A DNA stretch of 64,000 nucleotides from Azolla caroliniana (Eukaryota; Plantae; Polypodiophyta): positions 24,242,001 to 24,306,000 of the forward strand of contig JBHGNT010000001.1 in NCBI GenBank assembly GCA_043228905.1, in the 5' to 3' direction. Positions 48,984-60,060 of this stretch are shown here, one piece after another (the stretch's first letter is position 1; each line of letters starts with the position of its first letter). The notes beneath the pieces are model-generated. The model ran no database searches. It had not been told where the DNA came from and saw only the letters and a list, made by a program, of their open reading frames with translations. The translations under genes were made by a program, and so were the position numbers.

Positions 48984-49737
48984 ATTCGGTTTCGGTTGAC
49001 GAAGCTCGGTTCGGAGTTGACTACGAATCTTGTTGGAGTGCAGCCGGTTGGCTCACCCGATATCGTTCTAGTCGGATTTGAACCCGAGTCGGTTCGGCTT
49101 CGGAACTTGCTCGAATTGACTCCGGTAGCTTGAGGGACAGAACCGACTGGTCTTCCCGGATGTTGCCGAGTCGGAGTGAGCCCGGTTTGCTTCGGATATA
49201 TATACCGAATACCGATTATTGAAGCCGATTATCTGGACCGATTCGGCTTCGGGTGACTGCAGCGACGAGAGAGATGGATCCACCTGATCCTCTCGAATGT
49301 CGATCAGCCAGATGAAGCACGAATTTGGGGTTGTTTGCTTAAGACCGATCTGTACCGAGTGGTTACAACGAGCAGCGAGCAGCGTTTAACGACCTTTTCG
49401 GATGCCGTTTAACCGAGTGGAGCACGATCGTGTCAATGATGCACAAGGGGATTTCACCTCGAGCGGTTACAATCACAGGGAACGGAGTACAACCTGCTGG
49501 CTTACTCCAAGCAAAGATGATCTAACGCGATGAGATGCAAACCTGGTTTTTCTTCTTCTTCTCTCTTCTTCGAATGACGCAGGAAACCGAATGCAGAGAC
49601 GACGGCCGACAGCGGATTGAGGGACCGACTACTGTGCAGGCTCTGATACCAGATGTTGGAAGCGAGGTCGTCAATGCGGAAGATCTTGAAGCATTCAGTT
49701 CTGTTCTTCTCCTGCGTATGACAGAATGTAGGTCGTT

Positions 49738-49773
<36 letters not shown>

Positions 49774-52700
49774 AAAAGAGTCTTTATTTCATAAAGCAAT
49801 AGTACAACAGCCAACCTCACAAAGAGGTTACAAGGTCACTATATATAGTGACCAACTTAGGGCAACTACCCTTTATGCTAATTACATAAATGGCCAACAC
49901 GGGATAGTGTGAATACGTCCATTATACACATGTATTCGACATCCTGGTTGTGGTGCTCGCGGCGAAGATCTTCTTCAGATTTTCCCACGCACCCTTCGGC
50001 GTTTTTCCATCCCGAATGTAGCTTAATAGTTGTTCGCCCACACAAGACGCGAAACAGTACAGTACTCTGCTCGCCGACTGTTCCCAAGTCGGGAAGTCAT
50101 TGTGTGTCGACTCAAGTGCTGTGTCATTTGCTCCGTCGACATAACTCCAGTAACCATGTCCAAGTAGGTACTGGTGCATCTTAGAAGACCAAGACGCGTA
50201 GTTGTTTCTGTCGAGCTTCTCCGTCGGAAGCGAGCTAGCCATGCCTCTATCCATCGGTTTTGTCTGTTCTTCTTGGTTGGTTTTTCTTTCAAGTTATGTC
50301 GGTTGCAGAGGTTCTCAACCCTCGCGCTCTGATACCATGTAAAAGATTATGTGCGGAAGCAATAGAAAACCAAACACATAGAAAATACGTAGGTTTAATG
50401 GAGAGCTTGAGTATACATAGTACGTGGGAGAGACAGAGAGAGAACACGCAAAAACTCAATTAAAAAAATACTAAGTCTCTATGTACATACATCGTGCTCA
50501 GTGAGCACCTTTTATACCAGCCCTGACAATGGGCTGACACAAGTACTAACAGTACTTGACTGCTCATAAATGAGCCTCAACTCTTACTCCCAAAACTATT
50601 CCTTACGAGGAATATCTCTCTAATGGCCTTTCGGTTTACGCACCGATACGACCTTCCTACGCACCGGTCTGCGTACCAGTTTACGCATCCATTCTACTTA
50701 CCGGTCCGGCCTAACCGATCGGTCCCAACCAATCCGGTCCTCGGCTTGCTCAGCCAATCCGGCCGATGTTGAGCTTGTCTCTCAATAAATTTGTCATCCG
50801 ATTTGGTGTCACGGTCACTTCTGCTCCTTTCCCGCTCCTTTCGTTGGTCTCACGGGACTTTTCTCCACCTCAAGTTCAACACAAGCGCACTCGAGAATTG
50901 CCGCAACTTGTCCAGACCAAGGGGCTTGGTGAAGATGTCGGCGTTCTGCCGATTCGTCAGAACATACTGAAGTTTGACTTCACTAGAGAGGACACGCTCG
51001 CGGACAAAGTGGTAATGCACGTCAATGTGCTTAGTCTGGGCATGGAAGACGGGGTTCTTCGCAAGTTGGATGTTGCTGAGGTAGTCCTAGTAGATCGCCG
51101 TTAGATCGGATACCTGCACATGTAGATTCTTAAGTATTTGCTTCAGCCATATGTGTTCGCATTTTGAGACAACCGCTCCTCAATACTCGTCTTCTGTGCT
51201 CGACAGTGCAATTGTCGGTTGCTTCGTGCTACTCCATGCGATCGTGGCGCTCCGAAGGGAGAACGCGAATCCGGATGTGGATCGGCAATCGCCGGTGTTT
51301 CCGGCCCAGTCGACATCTGTATAGTCGACTAGCTGCGCGGGAGGACCGGTTCGATATAGTAGCCCCCAATCCTTAGTGCCACTTATGTACCTGAGTACGC
51401 GTTGCGCGCACTGAAGGTGCTCCTCGGTTGGTCGTGCCATGAACTGACTAATCAAGCCGACTGGGTAACTGAGGTCTGACCAGGTGATAGTCAAGTATAT
51501 GAGTCTTTTGACAATCGGTCGGAACCATTTCGGGTCGCAAACCTTTCTGGACTCAGGGCGAAGCTTCACAGTTCTATCAAGAGGAGTTGAGACAGAATTA
51601 CAGTTTGCCATCCCGAACTTGAAGAGCATACTCAGTGCGTCATGTTGTTCGCTGATTAGTATGCCTTCGGGGGTACGGATCACTTCGATCCCGAGAATGT
51701 AATGAAGGTCCCCTAGGTCCTTCATATCAAATGATGTCGCAAGCTGGAGCTTTACGCGGTCAATTTCACCTAGGTCGATGCTGGCAATGACCAAGTCATC
51801 AATATAAAATAAAATATTAACCTAGGTTTGTAATCGATGCCGTGTTGCTGCGTGTAGCCTTTTGCTACTAACGAGTCCTTATATTGGTTGACCAAGCCGT
51901 CAGTGTTGTACTTGATCTTGTACACCCACCTGCATCGAATTGGCTTTACACCCTTGGGGGTATCAACCAAGTCCCAGGTTTCATTCTCCGCAACTCCATT
52001 CATCTCTTCCTCCATGGTAGCACTCCAATTCACGTCCTTTGCCGCTTCTGCGTAGCTCTCTGGCCTACACACTTCTGCCACGCGTGTCATGTACACATAG
52101 TGATGCGCCATGTACTCGTTGTATCCGAACCGCACAACTGGGTTCAGAACTCGGGTTGGAGTTGAGGTCTGGAGTCAGAGGCAAATACTAAGACGCGGAC
52201 TCATTGAACACAACATCGCGACTTACGGGAGCTTGTTTGGTTCGGGGGTTATAACACTTATAACTCTTCTGTTTGTCCAAGTAGTTGACCAAGATACACT
52301 TCTCAGCTTTCGCGTCCAGCTTCCTCCGCTTCTCCTTCGGCACATGCACATACGCGATGCTATTGAAAACCCTCAAGTGTCGTAGGTTCGGCTTCCTTTC
52401 GAAATACAGCTCATGTGCCGATACTTTTTCCCCGATCCGATTATGGATGTAGACCGCGGTTCGGACTGCTTCGGCCCAATAGAACTTGTGCATGCTCTTT
52501 TCTTCCAACATTGCCCACGCCACCTCCACAACCGACCGATTCTTCCTTTCGGCTACGCCGTTTTGCTCCTTGTGCCAAATTCCCATCTATTGCAGATAAC
52601 TATTGAATTGGCCGGAAAAGAACTCTTTTTCGCCATCCAACCGCAGGCACTTGATCTTCCCCCCTGTTTCCCTTTCGGCAAGATTTTTGAGGTTCCGGAA

Positions 52701-53245
52701 ATAGTCAAAAACTTCACTCTTCTTTTCGATGATGTAGATCCATGTGTGCCGGGTGTAGTCGTTGATGCAAGAGACAAAATATTGACTCCCGCCAAGAATC
52801 ACGTTCTGTGTTGGTTCCCATACATTTGAATGTATCAAGTCGAGCTTATTTCGGCTCCGATTATGCTCGTTTAGGAAAGGAAGTCAGTGTTGCTTCCCTA
52901 GTTGGCAGGCTTCACAAATTTGGGCCCTTCGACCACTGAATTTTGGCAATCAGAACACAACTTGTTTTGATTGAAGGTCTTGAAGCATTTGTTTGTTGAC
53001 ATGGCCTATCCGCTTATGCCACAAGTCGATATCCGACTCGACTTTTTGCCCTTTCGCAAACATGGCGGTGACTACGTCATTGGTGTCGAGGATGAACATC
53101 CTCCCATCTCTGCGCCCTTGTGCAATAACTTGGCCTTATTTTTCGATGAAGCACCCGAGATGCGTGAACCGGACTTGCATCCTCTGGTCGACGATCTGTC
53201 CGATCGACACCAAATTCTTCGTAATTGTTGGGACGTGTAACACAT

Positions 53246-53750
53246 TGTCGTGAAGATTCCGGGCCATGGTGAGAAACCGAGGAAAATCGGAAGAATCGGC
53301 GGAGTGCATCATGTGCACTCACCCTTGTTGAAACGTGTGAATAATAGGGAGGTGCCTTAATGGCGCCGAGTAGGAGTTAATTCGGGACAGAAAATCCCTT
53401 GTAAGTCAGGATTTATCCCACATGATCACGCGACCTCCACCTTATTCTATAAAAGGGAGGGCACGCCCCTTTTAAAAGGGTTCCTCATTTTTGAGGTTCT
53501 ATAGGATCCATTTTTGGTGTTAATAACTTCTGAGCGTTACGTCTTTCTGTCCTCTTTTCATCTTGGTTTGTGTTGTCTCTATTCTTTGTTAGGGTTTTGG
53601 TGTCATCTGTGTGCGTGCGTAGGTGGCGGGCAACGTGCGGACTGTCTGCGCCTTCCCTGAGTTCCTGCTTATTGGTTCTCAGTACTCCACGGTTCGGTAC
53701 GTCTCTGTATGTGTGGGTGTTGGCTTCCGCCGCTTGTGAAGAGCCCGCGC
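53246..53750 (+). mobile_element. 5' part of an LTR inserted in the outer copia and itself interrupted at 53751
   Basis: Starts TGTCGTGAAG exactly where copia homology stops; TATAAAAGGG near 53448; the other end is not found. Confidence 0.6.
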
Positions 53751-56700
53751 TGTCGTGAAGTACGAAAGCTTTACAATAAAAGTCTACAATAAGATAAATA
53801 CGTAATGAAAATAACATAAACCTTTATAATGTTAATAGCCTACTATGATAATATTATACATTATATGTAGACACAAAAATATATATATCTATTATATTAC
53901 ATGGACAAGAGAGGACTTGAACTAATAAACCCTACCTTATGACACTCAAAGGTTACCATTTAGTCCATCCTAATAATTTACAAAATAATATATGATTTGA
54001 AGTAGTATTTTATAGTCTAAACCATGTAATATAATACATGCACAAAATTACATGGGCAAAAGAGGACTTGAACCAACAACCTCAACCTTATGACATTCAA
54101 ACCTTACCATTTAGCCCGTGTCTTGTTTTCATTTTAAGTAGGGGTTTAAACCATCAAACGTGCTACATGTGCACCATATAGCACACATGCAAGAGCCTCT
54201 TTGCATGTATGCCACATGGCCCACATGTAGAACCATGTCTTCCCTATAAAAGGAGAAGGAAGTATACACAAAGGAAGCCAACAAATAAGATGGAAATGAT
54301 TATATTGGATCTAGAGAAAGATATATTGTAATAGAGAAAGAGAGAGAGAAAGGTATTCTTAAAAGAGAAAAGAAGAACTAGCTTGGTGGTGGTGGTCTTC
54401 AACAATGGAAGGGCGGCAATTCGAGTGTTATACTTGTCGAGTGATTGAAGGGAAGACTATGGTCTACCATCAAGAAAGAGAAGAGCGATTACCTTGTGAG
54501 ACAAAGCTCGAAGGTTCAACGATGCTCGCAATCATTTTGTAACTCATTCATCAAATAATTGTAAGTTTATTTCATTCCTTCAAATATCCTTCTATATCCC
54601 ATCTTGTCATATCTTGTTGATCTCTATTTACTCTATCTCTATTCTTTCGTCTCTTCCGTCCATAATCCCAGTGATTCCTTCCTCACTTTCACGATATCTT
54701 TTGTCTACGCAATGGTACGCTTCTAGGCGAGCCACACCACGACACAATTTGGTGAACCTGGCGTGAAACGGGGAAGTAAAAGAGACATCTAAAGCAAAGA
54801 TCAACATCAACATGGCAAGTACGAGTACAATGGATCTGGTAAGGTTGTTTATTGCAAAATTGAATCAAGATCAATTATTTCATGCCTTACGAGAAGTCCG
54901 AGAGAAAATTGGTGTGTTTGATGGCACAAATATCTGAAAGTATGTCAATATATATTATGATGAAATGGAAATGTTTAGTGTGAATGATGTCAATATGATA
55001 GCAAACTTTTATAAATTAGTGGAAATGGAATTAAGAGATAGAATTCGTGAAATACAAGAATTGCATAGTTTGGATTGGAATGCATTCAAAGAAGCGCTTG
55101 TGTCGGAATATTCTCGTGAAGATTTCTCTCGAGTTACTATGTGTTCATTTCATGAATGGATCTTAAAAGAAGATAAAGGGTTATTTGTGGCTGACACAAA
55201 AAAAGAGTTTGATAGGATGTATGGACACTTAAAGCCAGAAGAAAGAAATTATTTGTCTTGGCAAAAGGTTGCTTTATTTTTGCAGGCAGTTGACAAGAGA
55301 TATAGAAAAGAATTGGAATTTATGCTTGAAGTGCCAAATACCGAGGATGGTATAACGGTAGATTGGAATGAGGTAACAAATGCTTGTAATAAATTTATGA
55401 AAAGAATGCATGTGGTGTGATAGTCTTGAACATCGTCTACGTGATTGTGAAGAATATAAAGACATGGAAAAATGGTAACATTTATTTAACTGAAGCTAGA
55501 AGTCCACTTACAAAGAACTTTGGTGATGGTGGTGTTAAGTTAAATTTGAAGAAGCTAAAGCAAAGAAGGCTTCTGCAATGTACTACTCGGCAACGACAGG
55601 AATGCGCCTCGATGACATGCCATCCCGATCATCATTCTGGGAGAAGGTTGTAAGTACCGCACAAAATCAAAAGATGAAGATGGAAGACCTTCGTGTTGCC
55701 GAAGATTCTGTAAGGAAAAACACTGGATGGGATGTTCCAGTAGATGTTATGACGGTCTATGCTCAGATGGCAGAACACCAAGAGCATGAGGTGATAGTGG
55801 AAGAAAAAAGGAAAAGACGTGATGATGAGATTGGCTCAACAAAAAAGCATGAGACAAGAGAAAGCAAAAGAAAAGAGATGGACGCAAAAGTCGAAAAAGG
55901 TAAATCTGGTCCTTCATTCAAATTAATGTCTGATATTGAAAAGGATATAGATTTTAAGAAAGTTTTAGAAACAAGAATACTAGACAGTCAAGTAGAATAT
56001 ACACTAAGAGAAGTGTTGGGTATTGCAAAAAAGGAATTTCATGATGAAATAATTGATATTGTGTGAAGAAAGAAGCAAGTAAATGAGCAGGTTAAAGAGA
56101 CAAATCTGAAGGTGGCATATGAAGTGGTGAGCAACAAGTCAAACAATATCACTGTTGACTCTCAACATGCATCAACCTCAATGATAAATTCAACAGATGT
56201 AAGAAGCCATTACTCTCGCAAATGTTGGGCAAGAGCCACTGCTGAGCATCGTGTGAAGATTGGAAATGTTCCAGACCCTGTGATGGCACTTATTGATCAT
56301 GGTTCTATATATAACGAGTGCTGATTTTTACAGGAAAGGTAGATGGCCACATCAGTCACAAAAGATTTATTTGGTGCATGCCCAAATGTAAAGGTTACTA
56401 TTGGTGATATAGAGGTAGATAAACATTTGTTTGTGCAGGAAGGATCTACCTATCCAATAATCTTGGGGCAACCATACATTACAACGGTATGGATGGAGAC
56501 CAAAGTCCTCGACAATGGTTCTGCCTATGCAAAAATCCATAGCCAAGATGGACGACGAACTATGCAATTTATGATAGTTCGCCGAAATCATGAGAGGAAC
56601 AAGCAAGAGCTTCGTGATCATTCAATACCAAAAGACTGTGATGATTTTGATAATCAGGTTTTTGACTAGGACTGTTGCGAGTGAGGGTTGCAATAGTCCC

Positions 56701-57887
56701 ATTATTAAAACACCCTCATATAGGGCATTACAACATATGAATTAGTCATTTCATGTTTTTGAAAGTGGTGCTATATGTGTGACTAGGATGTATGAATGCA
56801 AGAGGAACTTGAAAAAGAATGCTAATCTATTTTAGTAGGCATTGAAGGATAATGGAGTACTTGAAATGGAAGAGCAGATTGAAGGTGTTATGGAAGAAAT
56901 TTCTTTTGCAAATACTTTAGAAGAGTTAGAAATGTATTTGGAAGAAGATGATGAGAATGTTAGAAAGATACATGTAAACTCAGTTAATATGTATTATGAA
57001 ATTGATAAGTATAATTGTAAATATGAAGAAGTAGAAGGTTTATGTAACACAAAATATAAAACAATAGATAAAAAGATTAAACCTGCTGCAATACCATTAC
57101 CTATTGGTAGCGAAGAGAAGATGAAGGCAACATCGACTGAGCCTATGCTTCGACCAATAGAGAAGATTGGACATCACTTCACTCTGGATACAATAAATAA
57201 CTTAAGAATCGGAGGGGGTGAATTTCTTCTACAATCAGAGATCGTGACTTTCAAAGACATGATCTTTAGGCATGGAAAAGCGTTTCCATTTAAAGCCAAG
57301 GAGATTGGTTGTGTAGATCCAAAGGTGGTAACGCCAATGGTAATATTTACTATCCCTCATATTCCTTGGAATTTTAAACCTATTGCAGTACCGAGAGCTC
57401 GATTACCTCAATTGTTGGAGCTATTGAAGGATAAAGTCAAGATGAAGATTTTAGAGCCTTCAAATGCACCATACTCCAACCGATGGTTCACCATTCCAAA
57501 GAAAGATGGCTCTCTAAGATTCATTCAAGATCTACAACCAGTCAACAAAGTCACAATCCGAAATGTAGGAATCAAGCATTGTTGATGAATTTGCAGAAGC
57601 TTTTGCTGGGAGAGCAATTTACTCTATGGGAGACCTATATTCATGATATGACCAATTTCAACTAGCAATTGATAGTCGCAATATCACAACAATGAGAACA
57701 CCAATTGCGTTGGTTCGAATGTGCACTCTACCTCAAGGTGCGACAAATTCAGTTGCTCATATGATGAATGCAATGAACAAGGTTCTACATGAGTACATCC
57801 CAAAGGTAACTATACCATTTTTAGATGATATTCCTATCAAAGGATGCTTAGAAAGAGAGAAAGATGAGACTATGGTTGGAAATGGTT
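53751..57887 (+). mobile_element. Degenerate non-chromoviral Ty3/gypsy: 5' LTR 53751-54744, tRNA-Trp-like PBS, gag, PR, partial RT
   Basis: LTR TGTCGTG...CACGACA; PBS TGGTGAACCtGgCGTGA at 54750-54766; ALIDHGS, ILGQPY, ILEPSNAPYSNRWF, LPQGATNS and FLDD motifs. Confidence 0.85.
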
Positions 57888-58268
57888 AATCCAAAATTGT
57901 TTGAACCTTTGATGGATCCATAGAGATGCCATTTGAAGAGACTATGTACCCCAAAAATTCCACTTGACACTGGTCGAAACTACACTTCTCCAATTTTGCA
58001 TAGAGACCATACTCTCGTAATTGTTGCAAAACTTGGCGAACATGTATCTCATGCTCCTCTTGAGTTTTTGAGTAGATCAAGATATCATCCAAATAAACTA
58101 TGATGAAGATATCGAGGAAGTCTCGAAAAATGTCATTTGCCATATGTTGGAAAACTGCTGGTGCATTTGTGAGACCAAATAGCATCACTGTATATTCAAA
58201 ATGACCATAGCAAGTGCAGAATGTGGTCTTCCATTCATCCCCAAGACGAACTCGAACAAGGTTGTAGG

Positions 58269-59032
58269 TGTTGGGAGACAGGTCCCTCCGGATGGGAAGG
58301 GAGAAGAACAGTGCCGACAAACAAACTCGGCCGAGGCCGAAACGGTATGAGGAGTACCTGGCTACGGAGAGCTGGATGATACAGGCTCGGTGTGAACCGG
58401 ATGAGTACCCGGCTACGGAGAGCCGGATGATACAAGCCCGGTGTGAACCGGATGAGTAGTACCCGGCTACGGAGAGCCGGATGGTGCAGGCCCGGTGTGA
58501 ACCGGATGAGGAGTACCCGGCTACGGAGAGCTGGATGGTGCAGAACCGGTATGAACCGGAGGAAGAGACATATTCGTAAATATGTTTCTGAGAGCCCATT
58601 GTGACTACATTTGTAAATAGCCGAAAAGTCATATTAGTATAAATATGACTTAGGGAAAACCTTTAGTAGTTGTTAGTTGCTGTTATTTTCTTTTTCCCTT
58701 GTTGGTGCAAGAAGAAGAGAGAGCGCGTAACTGTACAGAGAGAGAGAGAGAGAGAACGAGGTCGTTGCCTCTGTTGTAACCGCCGCCTGTGGCGAAGATC
58801 GTGAGTCCGAGGTCGTTGCCTCCGTGTACTCACTGTTTTGTACATTCATACATAGTGACAGTTTGCAGCCTGTGGGTTGCCGTGGTTTTTCCCCTAGTTT
58901 GGGGTTTTCCACGTTAACCTCCTGTGTACCATTTCTCTTCTTTGTGTCGTGTTCTATTTCCCGTTTTCTATGTATGAAAAGAATCTCGGTTGTGGCCGAG
59001 TCTTGCGCATAAGGAACGACAAGTTCCCGTCA
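58269..59032 (+). mobile_element. Solo LTR (764 bp) inserted in the Tcn1-like RT, with four ~57-60-bp tandem repeats in U3
   Basis: TG..CA ends; perfect TSD gtagg at 58264-58268 and 59033-59037; removing it restores DLRGAYNLVR; TATAAATA at ~58638. Confidence 0.93.
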
Positions 59033-60008
59033 GTAGGCACCTCGAAGATCTAACTTCGTGAAATACTTTGCCCCATTGAGGCGTTCTAGAAGGCTTGAGA
59101 TCAATGGTAGGGCATATCGGTTTCTAATAGTCACTTTATTCAAGCCCCAATAATCCACGACCATATGAAGCGTACCATCTTTCTTCTTAACGAAAAAGAT
59201 GGGTGCACTAGCAGGAGATCTTGAATGTTGGATAAACCATTTGCCAGGTTCTCATCGATATATTCTCGAAGAACCTCTAACTCCGTGGGTGAAAGGTTAT
59301 AAATTGGCCCCCATGGAGGCTCTTTTCCTGGCTGCAAATCAATCAGGCAATCATAGGGTCGATGCTCTGGTAATCTATTAGCCTTCACCTTATCGAACAC
59401 ATCGGAGAATTCTATGTAATTCTTTGGTAATTGGACCCCCAATTCTTGTGAGCTAGATGAGGGAATTGCTAAAACCGCAAACACCATCATGTCTTCCTTC
59501 CTTCCATCCTCTCGTAATTGATGTATAGAGATTGTTGAAATCATGTGGGATCCTAGATCCTTTGTTGGAGTTTCAAGAGACTCGGACTGTACTATGACCT
59601 CTTCAATAGTTCTTTTTCTCCAATCAATAGTTGGGTTATGTAACTCAAACCAAGGAAGACCAAGAACTAGAGAGTGCTCTGGACTACTAATAATGTTGAA
59701 TGAGATGATACTAGCCAAATTACCTAGGACTACACGAATTGATTCAGACTCTTCGACTATATCACCTGATGCTATAGGGCGACCATCGATGACTCCTACA
59801 ACTACTAGGTTCAGGAGCTTGTTCAAGATGATGTTTTGGGTCAATGCAAACTCGCGATCCATGAAACAAGAATTGGCTCCAAAATCTAGGAGGGCAGAGG
59901 CTAGGACTCGATGACCTGTAGATGTGCTAAGCTTGACTTGTGCAGAAAAAACTCTACTAACTTGATTTGATGAAATGGAACCACAACTAGGTACAAACTC
60001 TACATATC

Positions 60009-60060
60009 TAGGATGGTCCAACCAAATGGCTCCTATTTTGGCCAGACTTATTCGTTTAAC
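60009..60060 (-). promoter_or_regulatory. Predicted -1 programmed ribosomal frameshift signal between gag and pol
   Basis: G UUA AAC in the gag frame just before the stop; 7-nt spacer; 10-bp stem plus 5-bp pseudoknot stem; the -1 frame is open into the protease. Confidence 0.75.

Larger units (their letters stand above)
45411..49941 (-). mobile_element. Young Ty1/copia with near-identical 288-bp LTRs and an internal INT-RT deletion
   Basis: LTRs at 45411-45698 and 49654-49941; perfect TSD tcctg; tRNA-iMet PBS at 49640-49651; PPT at 45699-45705. Confidence 0.97.
37121..50787 (-). mobile_element. Inner Ty1/copia of the same lineage with both LTRs (37121-37570 and 50338-50787); pseudogenised and carrying three insertions
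   Basis: 450-bp LTR pair; TSD aattc/aattt; tRNA-iMet PBS TGGTATCAGAGC at 50326-50337; PPT at 37571-37583; gag, PR (WYIDSSASNH), INT, RT and RH in copia order. Confidence 0.92.
35834..53245 (-). mobile_element. Outer Ty1/copia element: 3' LTR 35834-36206, duplicated 3' end, degenerate pol at 50788-53245; split by nested insertions, 5' part not seen
   Basis: LTR TG..CA with PPT (ctccccctcaag on +). The internal sequence resumes after 50787; INT, RT and RH motifs at 50880-53245 (HSNVW, QNGVAERKNR, MKDLGDLHY, YTDVDWAG). Confidence 0.8.

Noticed and set aside
57886-58632. 248-aa ORF as a novel RT fusion protein
   Set aside because: Chance read-through from the antisense solo LTR repeats into the interrupted RT, as shown by the gtagg TSD.
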